A stretch of 64,000 bases of DNA from Cycas panzhihuaensis (Eukaryota > Plantae > Cycadophyta): assembly GCA_023213395.1 (NCBI GenBank), contig CM041465.1:213659741-213723740 (forward strand), read 5' to 3'. The translations under genes were made by a program, and so were the position numbers. The notes beneath the pieces are model-generated. The model saw nothing but the letters and a program-made list of their open reading frames with translations, was not told the origin of the DNA and did no database searches. Shown here in pieces: positions 40,719 to 53,254 of this stretch (its first letter is position 1; each line of letters starts with the position of its first letter).

Positions 40719-41879
40719 TATTTGTGTGTATGTGTCTATATGTATATATGTATTGAAGAGTTCTTTATATAGATAAAATAAAGTAAGGTTTTTAAGGGAA
40801 TTTATGTAGCCCTTAAAATGCCCAACAAATAAGACAATGAAATGCATGCAAAAATCCATTATAAAGTTGCCTAAGCTAACTAGAAATTTACTATTAAAAA
40901 TGGAACTAAGTGATTAATAGTATTAGACTCTAAGTAGGGCATCATTATGCTTAGAGAATAGGGCCAATAACACTTATTAGAAATTTATAGCCACTTCCAT
41001 TATTGAAACGAAAGTTGCCATTCTAAATGAGAGTCTCCATAGTATAATGTGAAGAATGCCTTTTGATAAGTAAAATCACAAAGAAAATCTATGTTTACAG
41101 TAGTTTGTAAAGCCTAGAAATGCCTTTAGTAATTAGTATGGTTTAGGCTAGCCAAAATCATGAGTTAAACTTGAATGTAGATGCCAAGAAGAAGTCCCTT
41201 GATGAATAGCATTTTGAGAATGATAGGGCAAATAAAATACCCAAAAATATATAGAAATGTATTCCTAATGCATTCTAACATGAGTTACACTCACTAACAC
41301 TAATACTCTAACTAAAAAATCATTAAAATCCATTCATAAAAATATTAGAAATTAAATTTTTTAGAGGGAAACATTCGTAACTATCATGTAGTAGGGAATA
41401 TTTAGTGGAATATTCTTCCTTTGAAACATTAGAAATAACTTTATTTTTATTTTTCTAATGTTGAGGTCACATTAAATTATTTTTCTATAAATTTTGAAGT
41501 CCAATGATAAGCCCCTGGTCACGTGGAGGGTACTATGCTAAGTTAATTTCAGGCTTATTTGATGTATAATTTTGGAAAATAAATATACTACAACACTTAT
41601 TTCTTTATAACCTTTCAATATATAATGGTTACATTGACTACAACTATTCATTTTTTCAAATAAAGAAAATTGTAAAACATGCCTTTTTATGTTGATTCTT
41701 GCTACTTATGAGTAGATTAAGGAAGTGAATTAACATATACCGATTACCTACATATAGATTAGAGATTTTTAAACATTTTTTACAATTTATTTATGTGCTT
41801 TCTAATCATTTTTAAGTCATTTTTAATGTGGTATTAAATAATAGCAAGTGGAGGAAGAATAAGAGTTTGCCATTGAAAA

Positions 41880-44800
41880 ACTAGCTAGTTCTAATAATTA
41901 TCCTACCTTAAAACATTAAATGCTTAGATTCTTTACTTTAAATGATTTGTGAAAGTATGTTAATTTTTTAATGGGAAAAATAGCTATAAAAATCACTAAT
42001 TTTATAACAAGACTAAAAGGTGATGATGACTTTAGAGATGAATATGAAAATAAGATGCATATCACTTTTAGTTTTATTGACTTATTTATTAGTAGTAGTA
42101 TTATTATAGATATCAAAGATATCACTACCCTAAAGTAAATGTGAGGTATCTACTAAATTGATTAACATGATTATATAACAAATGTGCATTTAAATATATC
42201 AAATAGAAAGTAGAAAATATGAAACACATAATAAATGTATACAAATTTCTTGTAGAGAAGTGTGATCGGTAAATTAATTACATTATGCATATGAATTTTG
42301 GTAGAGCTATCATGTACATAAAAAATCAATGTATAAATGAGAGGGATTGTGCTTAGTTTATAATCATACAAAACCTGAATACTCTAATTTGATTGGATGG
42401 CATAATAGGCTAATATTATTAGCCTATTATTTGGTAATTAGGTAGACTTGATAACATTATAAAATACAAATAAGGGTTTACACCCAATATTACATAGTAC
42501 AATTACATGAAAAATACATTACAATAGAGGTGCTGTTAGATGTTTTAAACCCCTCCATTAATGATAACTCTATTTGTCATGACACTAAGGTTGTGCCAAA
42601 ATTATTCAAACTTTGGTCTCCATAGTGCTTTTGTGAAGATATCTACCACTTGGTCTTTAATCGGTTAGTATACTCAGTCTATAAAGGAATCAAAATGTTG
42701 CTTTAAGAGAAATTCTTTAATGAGATTTCCATTCAAGAAGGTGCTCTTCAATACCAAAGGAGCTTTATGGTGCTGAAAAGTGCCATTGGCATGAAATTTA
42801 GTCTTATAAGGCCTTTTACAATTAATTGGCTTCTTTTTAAGTGACACATCTATTAGCTCCCATGTGTCATTCTTGAAAATTGAGTGCATTTCTTCATCCA
42901 TTGCTACTTTCCATGTTTGATCTTTGATTGCCTCCTCAAACATGGAAGTTTTAGAGGTCTTAAGGATACATGCTATTAAGGCATAATTGGTGGAGTGTCT
43001 CATTCTAGACTCTCTTTTAGGAGCTATGGGAGGAGGATGTACATCCTTAGCAATTATTGTAGCCACTTAGGAGGTGGTCAAATATTTGTGACCTCCACTA
43101 AAAGATCATCAAGAGATATAGGTGGCATTATTGTGGTAGCATTTGAAGTTGATGTTAAGGCTACTAAAACCAAAAATAGATATGGTATGTTAATACTGGT
43201 ATGATGACACCCCCCATTGAATTGAAATCATAATTTAGTATGATTAACTTAATCTCAACTTTGTAAAAAATAAATAATGTTAAATAAAATTGAATGAACA
43301 GCCTATACAAAAATGGAAAAATAGAGCAATAAAAATTTGATTAAAAACACTTCAAATTGGAATGAAGTTATATAGAATGACTTTGGGATTGATTAGAGAT
43401 TAATGCAAGATTGAGATTCAACTAATTAAGGTTGCAAAAGGTTTGTACGAAGTTGTACAATGATGTAAGATTGATAAAAGGTGCATACATACTATGGCCT
43501 ATACATTTAGATATTTTTACTGAAATTGTATTAAAAAAAAATTGGTTACTATAGACACCCTCCAACAAGTGGTATAATGAGCTTGAGAATGATTATAAGA
43601 TAGATCTAACTTTGAGAAGCAAGATTATATCAAACAATTTTTGAAAAAGATGAAATAGAGACTAAATAATGAGAAATAACAGAGATGGCATTTTATTTTA
43701 CTTGAAACAATAGTAGCGAGATAGAAGATTACTATAGTTAGTTAGGCAATAATTGGTAATAGAAAACATGGTGAATACACATTGCAAGAGTGTTAGATAT
43801 GTTTGAAACCACTAGAACTAAGTGATAAATATTAAAACAGAGGTAAATGAGGTGACATTTTTGACAAATGAGCTCCATTTTCTCAGCCAAACTTATAAAT
43901 AACTTGATAAAATATATATAATCTAGCTCTGATACCATGCTAAGTTGATTAATAGGAATATATAATAGATGTGCATTCAAAATATCAAATAGAAAGCAAG
44001 AAATATAAAACACATACTAAATGTATGCAAATCTCTTACAGAGAAGTGCAATAGGTAAATTGATTACACTATGCATATAAATTTTGGTAGAGCTTCCACA
44101 TACATAAAAATTAATGTACAAATGAGGGGAATAATACTTAATTTATAAACATACAAAACTCAAATACTTTAATTTGATTAGCCAATATTATTAGCCCTTT
44201 ATTTGGTAATTAGGCAGACCTAACAACATTATAAATTACATTTGGATTATAAATAAGGGTTTATACCCAATGTTACATAGTATAATTACATGAAAAATAC
44301 ATTACAATAGAGGTGTTATTAGATGTTTGAATAATATCATCATCAAGCTATTCAAACATAAGAATGATTCAAGAGTCCTAAAGCTAAGGAGTTAGCTATA
44401 TAATTTAAAGCTAGCAAGAAAAATAACTAATTGCATTTGATATGTGAAATCTATTTAGGATTAGTTGATAATAATTAGAGAGACCATACCTAATTTAGAG
44501 ATCATTACTTACATCTTTCATAGTCTACTAACTCTATATGAGAATTTCATAACTAGTTTTAGTCTATCTAATAAACTATCAATATTAACTCTTAGTTCCT
44601 TAGAATCATCATTTTAGAGCATAAGTAAAAGTTGAAGGACTTACACAAGGAATCATCAAGAATATTAACATCCTAATTAAATAAAAAGAAACCTTATATT
44701 TCAAAGAAGAACACTTCTTTTGAGTCCATAGTTCATAAGAAAAAAATAAATAGTTTGAAGGATAGAACATGCCAAACTATTTTCATTATAGAAAGTTAGA

Positions 44801-45710
44801 ACACATAAAGAAGGACTATTAGAAATGGTAGTGATAGTAGTGCTAACAATGATGACCATAATAATAATCCTAATAACAAAAATAACAATAAATATAAAAT
44901 CATCCATTTAGATAAAGAGGACATATGATAAACATAACTAGGATTGTACCTACTAAAATAACAAAGGAACTCTTTATTAATACATATAACATGAGGATTA
45001 TGTTTTAGAAACTTATTTAGTCGGTATAATTTTATCCATGTATTTTTATTAGATTCTAGATTTAATATCAACATGAAACGTATGGTAGAGGTTTAGATGT
45101 GTCTTCATCTTACAAGAAAAATCCACTTGGAAAATTTTGAAGAAATTTAGAATGGATGATTATAATCCTATGCCTACCTCCATGGAGATAGGTTTCAAAT
45201 TAACAACTAAAGATGGTGGAGAAAATATTGATACAATATTATATAGGTAACTCATGGACAATCTAATATATTTGATTTCTACTAGACCTAATATTTCATT
45301 TATAGTTATAATGGTATTCAGATGTATAGAAGTTCTAAAACAAAGCTACATAAAGCTTGTAAAAAGTACCCTCAAATATGTGAAGGGCATACTATAATAT
45401 AGACTTGGATTCATATATAATAATAACTTTAAGTTGGAAGCATTTATAGATTCTAATTGAGCCAAATATATGAAAAGTAGGAGGTTGACTTCTAGATATT
45501 CATTTAGTTTAGGATTAATTATCATTACTTAGAATAATGAAAATCAAATCCAATATTACTTTGTCTTGAATTGAAGTAGAGTATAAGGTTGTAGTTGCAA
45601 CAACTATTAAATCTATTAGGTTATGATAGATTCTAGGGGATATAGGTCTATATCAATTACAATCAACTAAATAATACTATAATAATTAGAGTGCACTAAA
45701 GATCACCAAA
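41880..45710 (+). mobile_element. Element G: old internally deleted Ty1/Copia (gag, then late RT/RNase H), interrupted by F and cut by H at 45711
   Basis: Gag frame rejoins across F: IKDITTLK*M*GIIIKLFKHKNDSRVLKLRS*LYNLKL. 45100-45710 gives KKFRMDDYNPMPTSME...LIYLISTRPNISF...FIDSN*A...RRLTSRY. Confidence 0.72.
42151..44333 (-). mobile_element. Element F: 2.2-kb deleted (non-autonomous) Copia derivative with both LTRs
   Basis: LTRs 43938-44333 and 42151-42549; perfect PBS reverse complement GCTCTGATACCA at 43926-43937; TSD GTATC/ATATC. ORF 42674-43066 joins RT start (WKVAMDEEM..NDTWEL), STFLNGNL and an RNase H tail (DQVVDIFTKAL). Confidence 0.88.
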
Positions 45711-48700
45711 TGTTAGATATGGTATAATAATGATATCACATATTAGAGAATGGGGGATTCAAGATAATAAGTATGACACTAAAATGAAGCTTTATATTCT
45801 CTAGTACTTTACAAAATATACACACATATAAAATATTCTCATATGCATGAGATCTCAATAAGTTAACTTTGGTGTGCTCTTGGTATGTTTAACACATATT
45901 TCAACTTGCTTACTTGCACACTAATACATAGTCACTATAATGTAAAATTCATGAAATACTTGAGGGTTACATAAGAATGAAAGAGAGATATTAATCAATG
46001 CTAATGAATTAAATATTAGTGAAAATTTACACCCAATATTTCTCTTATTTAATGGTTAATTTATTAATTTATATTTACTATATTTATTTCTTCATCTTCT
46101 TATCACTTCATTTCCTTTAAATTGCCTTAAACTACTTCAATATTCATTGAATTTATTAGTATCTAAATGTAGAAGACTCCATCTCCTATACCATATGCGT
46201 AATTAGTCATTGTAGCCACTAGTTTACTAGGTAACTACTTTAGGTACATGGTTTAGTTAGCTACTCATTAGTAACATTTAAAAAATATATACCATCCTAT
46301 GTAGCCAGTCAAGTTTGATAAAAATATATGTGTAAGAGTAGTAGTAAAAAGTATCCCACTTCTTCTCTAATAATACTATAGTATCTTGTTCTCAACATCT
46401 CATGGCTAGAAATTACATTTATGGGCTTTATAAACTCATAAAATGCCCTATAGGACTTACATAAACATGATGACCCTATACATAGGGTCTTAAAAATTAG
46501 ATAAAATAAGGATGCAAGTATGGAGATTTTCCTTATCTCTCAAAGGCTACAAGACTAATAATACATCAAATTTAAGCATCATTTAATACATCAATATATT
46601 AAATATATTTAGCTTCTAAAGAGCCATTACATAGTAGAATTTTAGTAAACAACATTTTCATGTATATCATGCTTATGTGACTAAGGATAATCTTATATCA
46701 AAAAATGATCAAACCATACTTAAGATGAAACTATACTAAGGAATATTTACCACTAGTTATTTCCATAGACGTCTACCTATTGCTACAAAAAATTATTTAT
46801 ATGATTCCTTCTTAATGGAAAATTCTTCAACATTATCACACATTTAGCGAATATAATACAATGTATTTTCTAAGGTCCTACATGCTACATCATCAGTAAC
46901 AATATTTTAAAAAGTCATTGATCACCTCATAAGGTACTAGAAAACATTAATTTTAGCTAATTTTAGGTTTATATTTTAATAATTTATGTAATACTTATAT
47001 CAAACATTGATTACTACTTGTGGTGTTTCCATAAACACATTAAATTTTGACTTTTTGGCCTAATATGGCATCGAATTTTAACATGTTCATTTGATTATTT
47101 TTTATATAAATACTTTGATAACTTTAAACTTAATTTTACATTATAAAATAGAATCAAAAGTGGTCATGTAGCTACTTATTTTAAAGGTAATTGAATTAGG
47201 ATTTTGATGCAACTAACATAATCAAAATTAGAGTTCATATGAAAAAGATATTAAAAATATGCAAAAGTGTATGGAAAATTAAAAAACCACCTTGAAAATA
47301 AGACTTAGCCCTTTTAACATTTAGCCCTTGGGCAGATTGTCACTCCACATGACCTTCAATTAATAGTAGAGCATTTATAGCAAATTTAAATAATTATCAA
47401 ATTTGATTAAATTAAAAAAATAATAATAAAATAAAAAATATATTTTAATGATTATTAGTCTATTCTAAAATAAAATAAATGTTGTTATTTTGAGATCTTC
47501 TTTTTCCTTTTTAAATGATTTAAAATCTTACTATTTATTGCCAATTTTCATGTTTGGTAGTGGTGATAAGCCATTATGTGTGATATGATATACACATCCT
47601 ACTCTATCACAATATGCTAAGTTGCCTTCCTTCCTCCCGTTTAGTCATCCCACTTACCATATGATACCTTAGTATTTCCCAATGTCTACTCAATGCATTA
47701 CCATAATAATAACCTTATTAGTAGTATCATTAGGTTTCATACACTCTCTCTCTTTTATTCTATAAGTTGTTGATGGTTGTGTTTCATCATTAATAACCCT
47801 AGTGATTTTTGTTTATCATAACCATCACGTCTTCATTTTTTCTACTATTTGATTGCACCATAATCATCAACATGCTTCTAGGTAAATAATGTTTCCTATT
47901 CTAATATGAAAAGCACATAGTTTACCTTGGTCATAGTATGCCATACAATATGATGCAGGAGCATCTAAACCTTCATAATAACTCCATCTATTTTTCACAT
48001 TTCTAGTTATTTTTAGGGTCTATTGATTGAAGCATACATTTTGACTCAATGGTTAGAATTTAGCACTTTTAGTGCCAAATTGAAGGTCTATCTAAGTAGA
48101 ATAGGAAAAAATAGCCTAAGGTAGGGCCAAAGGCCCATTATAGGCCTAGAGTTTACCTATTAAAAGATGCTCCAAAAATGCCTAAAAATTGAGATTTATT
48201 TTATATGTCTAAATATAGTAGTTAATTTTAGACTAGTTTTCACTTTTATATAATGACCCTTAGTGGTCTAGTTTTTTTTAATAGGACTTAACTTAAAAAC
48301 ATGAAATTATATACTATTTTATATAATTAAAGAGTTTTTAGGGTTAGGGTTAGAAGTTTCTAGATTTCCTGCTTTCACTTATATAAATATAATTCTAGAT
48401 TATCTTTTGGAAGATGAAATGGAATGGAATTTGAAGTAAAATGATTTTCTTTATTCTTTGGACTCTTTCTTATTTTAAGTTTGTGCATGTGAGGTTGGAT
48501 ATTTTTCTTGCAGCCCATTCTCATTACTATGTTATAGGTTTATGACTCATGTAATGTTTCTTCTAGCCTTCTTTCAGCAATCTAATCTTCCTAGTATAAA
48601 TACATAGAGACATTTACAAGTAGTTTCTAATCTAGATGCATGCAAGCTTAGATGTGCAAAAAAAATAGAGACAATGGACTTTTTCGTTCCCATTCTATGA

Positions 48701-51700
48701 TGGAACCCTTGTCCCTTTTAAAGCCATACACTCCATTAAAGTAACAAACATCCTTTTGACACTATTAAGATAAGTCCTTGACAACTTCAAAATAGCTTAC
48801 GCATTACCCTACCCTTTCAAATCTTTTATACAGGTGGCAAATCAAACCTTTCATAGACCATAGAAAATATGTGCCTCTACAAAAATGAGATGAGCTTGAA
48901 AAAGATACCACACTCATATGCAAATGAGACAAACATAAAAATGAAACCAAACAATCTTCAACACCAAATATCTTTATAATTGAAACCACCACATACAAAA
49001 AGACTATGCAAGTAGAAAATATTAGAGACTAGACATGTATATAGTACATAATATTAAGAGACATACAATAAATTTTTAAATGAGAAATAATAGGCTCGAT
49101 TATTTAAAACATAGTATCAATTGTTAAAAATTATGAATTCACTATGAAAGCATAATAAGATTATTACATAACTTCGATATCACAAAAAAGTAATAATTAA
49201 TAGAATTGTAAATGGCTAAACATAAATGAATAAATAATAGATTGCAATAAGTAGAATAATACTATGATCATAAATGGTATCATGAGATACCTTCATTTTA
49301 TTGATTTTTTAGAACATTACATAATATATAATGTAATCTTATGTACTAATGATAGTATGATGATGTCTTTATATAGTAGAACTTGTTTTTATGTGGGACC
49401 CACTACTTTTTATAGCTTACATAAATAAATATATATTAGCTAAATTATCTTCTTATTTTTCTCTAATATATTAATATTTTAATACTTCTCTTTAATGTAC
49501 ATTTGGGAACATAAATGTTTCTTTGAATTTTCAATGCATAATCTTCATAAATTTCTTGAAAATAATATCTAGAAATTGGTCTTCAATTTATTTTGATCTT
49601 CAACTTGACTTTGTTATATCAACTCTCAAATGCAGTAATGATGCTTGATATTCTTCATTCTACTTTACAAAATTTCATTCTTTATATCCTATATAGTATT
49701 ACACTGAATTATTATAGGTTTAATATTGTTTAATGTAGATCTTGTAGTATCTCTCTTATGTAAACTATTTCACAAACTTCTACTTCAACTTCATCATTCT
49801 AAATTATAGGCATAACTCCTAGATTGGGCTCAATTATAATCTGTTTAAGTCCATCAACTTGTAAACCCTTATCATCATTTGAATAATCATAATTATCAAT
49901 AAATTCTTCATAAATAGTGATAAGTTCATTATATTTAATAGTAATAGTGTTATTAATAGTCTCATTAATATATTCAACAATGCATTCAATAATAGTAGAT
50001 TTATCAATAATGTTATCAACCATGTTTTCTTGATATACCTTTTCATCATATTCTTGAAATACCTTCTTAATATGTACTTTTATATTTGCTTAAGAATATT
50101 GATTACCTATATCTTAACAACCTTTAGGTATAATTTGAGAATTTGGTCTCCTAAATCTCCCTCTCAAGCATGTTGTTAAATTAATAGGCCGGTCAACTTA
50201 TTCTAAATTCTAATTTTACATCAAGTAACTTGATATTTGGGGTAAAAATAGATCTCAAAATATATCTTATTTCTTTGGATGTAGCAACATGATATACATG
50301 AGAGCGTACATTATCTTCTAAAGCAGAGTAAATATAACTAAGCACTTTAGTATTTTATTTTCAAGTTGTGACTTTTTCTATTCTTAATAAGCTATTAACT
50401 AACTAATAGGAGAAATAGGTTTTGGAACTTTATATCCTTTATAAATAATATCCCACAAATTTCTAGATTGAAAAGAAGGTTTGATTCTCTTTGACCACAT
50501 CATAAGTTTTCCTATTAAACTTGGGAACCCTAAAATCAGAAAAGTTGAAGAATATACCATCTTGTAAATAAAAATCAACCATAATAGCTGAAAAAATCAA
50601 CCAAAAATATGAGTAAAAAAGCACAACAAATCATCATACTTAGTATGTTAACCTCTATGAATCTTGTCCCTTAATTTTCTCTTATGATTTTAATATAATG
50701 CTTTAACTTTAAACTAAAATTTATCTATCAAGATAGCATCAAAATATCTCAAATCATAGCTCAAATCGTAGTACTCTGAGTTAAGATTTTAATTGTTTAG
50801 ATAGTTTGAAAAATAGACTTATAATTTCAAAGTTAGGATGAAAAGAGTGTAGGTACCTCAAAAATAAATCAAAAAGGTGATTTTAGGGCTTTAGCCCTTT
50901 TTCTATTTAGTAATTGGTCATGTTGAAATTGCATATGACCAAGGGCTAAACCAAAGGGGGCTACTTGGATGTCAATGAAAATTTTAATATAGTTTAATGA
51001 AATAAAACCTTCGTGAAAAAAAAAAAAACCAAGGTCAAAAATCATGAAGATGCACACTCATTAATCAACTACCTATAGGTGATTTGTATGATCAAATTCT
51101 ATAAGAAATTAACAAATTTATCAAAAAAAAAGAAAGTGTTAGATAGGGTCATAGAGATCATGTCTTTACAAAGAATTCATACTTTAAATTCTTTATTAAA
51201 TGGAGTTTTACTTCACAATGATGTGTTGTAAGATGGACAAATGTCTGCAAAATACATGCAACATCATACAGTAGGGGCTTAAATAGTCAATCTAGCTAGG
51301 AAGAACTTGTGAATTACATAGGGCATTTCAAATCATGAGTTGTACCATGGGAGTTTTAATAGTAGATCATATAGAGGAGGTAGGTTATATTCTTCATGTA
51401 AGGACAAATTTCAATAGTCATGGTCATGGAGTAGAAGAGTCACATTGAGATGAAGGGTCACTCTAGATCTTCAAGAAACTTCAACAGTCACATCATGGAA
51501 GAGGTTATTTGGCATAGACAACATACATAAGTATGAATATAATTTAATAGAGGCTCTACATGAGTAGACACATCAATAAATATGTAGGGTTTCATGCAAG
51601 TTTTAGGTGTATCCATATAGTATAAAAATTAACAAAGGATAGACTGCCTCTCACAACTCATGATTGTTGCTAATAGGGCTTCAATAGAGTGAGAAATAAT

Positions 51701-53210
51701 TTACAACATAATTGGTTCACTTAGGATAGATTAACACATAGGGAAGTCATATAGACAGAGTCACCAAAAACTAATTAGATGAGTAGCAGTCTCAAATAGA
51801 GTTAAATAGACTAAAATAGAGTCAAACAACCAACATGGTTATTTATGGTTCCTTGGGTATATATATGCAGAATAGATCCAAATGGAATTGAATGTGGTTC
51901 ATCATTTTTATAAATGGATGGCATCAAATGGTCTCTAAACAACCTTGAATCATATAGTTTCTTCTCACAGTAGGTATCAATATTAACAACTAGCAAATAC
52001 CAATAGAATACTAGATCACTTTACATCTAGTAACACTAGCACATAAGCTCAATAGAATTACCTATAAATATAATCATCCCATTGGCAAACTTGCAATAAT
52101 ACCTTATTAGCAATATACCTTTCTTTCACCTTGGATTTGATCTAATGTTAGAAATTATGAATTTACTCTAATAGTATGATAAGATTCTTACACAATTTTA
52201 ACATCATGATGAAGCAATACTTTATAGAATAGTAAATGACTAAATATAAATGAAAAAATAATAGAGTGAAATAAGTAGAATAATACTAGGATCATAAACA
52301 ATATCATGAGATACCTTTATTTTGTTGATTTTTTAGAATATTATATAATATATAATGTAATCTTATATACTAATGATAGTATGATGATGTCTTTATATAG
52401 TAGAATTTATTTTTATGTGGGGCCCACTGCTTTTTATAGCTTATATAGATAAGTATGCATTACCTAAATTATCTTCTTATTTTTCTATGATATATCAATA
52501 TTTAAATATTAATAATAATAACTAACACTTTTCCATAAGAAATGATAATTTTCATGCTAAATAAACATCACAAAATACACTCTTATAAGATAGCAAAGAG
52601 GAAAAATATTTTACATTTTTTAATTTAAAAATAACACATATTTTTTAGCTATAGTAATGGCTAGTCCTTGGCTCTTCTTCACATTAGTGGGCCTCCATTT
52701 TTAACATGTTTTCCTTATACCTCTCTATATATAAAGTCTCACATTCATCTTACATCATTGAAAACTCTTGTTATTTAATACAAGAATCATCTACTTTGTA
52801 ATAAAAAATCTATTACAAAATAGAAGTATGACATATGTATTACAATTGAATAAGAATTCTAAGGGACTATTTAATTCTTAAATTTTTTTGTGATTAAATA
52901 GGCAATCCCACAAGGGATCAAAACCCATTCCCTAAGCTCTAATGTTAATTGTTGGATGTGGTATAGCAATGATACAATATCGTAGAGAATAGAACATGCA
53001 AAACAACAAGTGTAACACTAAAATGGAGTTTTCTATTATCTATTACTTTATAAAATATACATACATGTAAAATATTCTCACATGTGTGAGATCTCCATAA
53101 AAGTAAAATTAGATGTGATCTTTATAGGCTTAGTACCCATTTCAACTTGCCGACTTACATACTAATTTATATTCATTATAATATAAAAGTCATGAAATAC
53201 TTGAGGGTTA
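45711..53210 (-). mobile_element. Element H: LTR element with no recognisable gag-pol (LARD-like), host of element I
   Basis: Similar LTR copies at 45711-~46038 and 52950-~53210 (shared AAAATATTCTCA..TG..TGAGATCTC and CATGAAATACTTGAGGGTTA). Decayed PBS reverse complement GCTCTAATGTTAAT precedes 52950. Confidence 0.65.
49122..52508 (-). mobile_element. Element I: 3.4-kb non-autonomous Copia derivative (gag N-terminus + acidic linker + RNase H tail), TR-GAG-like
   Basis: 363-bp LTRs 49122-49484 and 52146-52508; TSD TCAAT/TTAAT; PPT reverse complement CTTCTCTTTAATGT at 49485. Gag RVPKFNRKTY..WSKRIK..QSRNLWDII from ~50560; RNase H CEIVYIREILQDL...SRMKNIKHHYCI*EL at 49620-49800. Confidence 0.82.
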
Positions 53211-53254
53211 TTATTATATAACTAGTGGCTATTAGTTGTACTTAGTTGCTAACA

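Noticed and set aside
40647-40859. ORF with CVCVCV repeat
   Set aside because: Translation of the (CA)n microsatellite.
40965-41465. Possible CACTA/MITE termini (CACTTATTAGAAA ... TTTCTAATGTTG)
   Set aside because: Short, imperfect inverted match in AT-rich DNA; no 3-bp TSD or transposase.
43563-43582. Plus-strand PBS-like string CAACAAGTGGTATAATGAGC inside minus-strand element F
   Set aside because: Imperfect match with no definable LTR or TSD around it; could be a fragment or chance.
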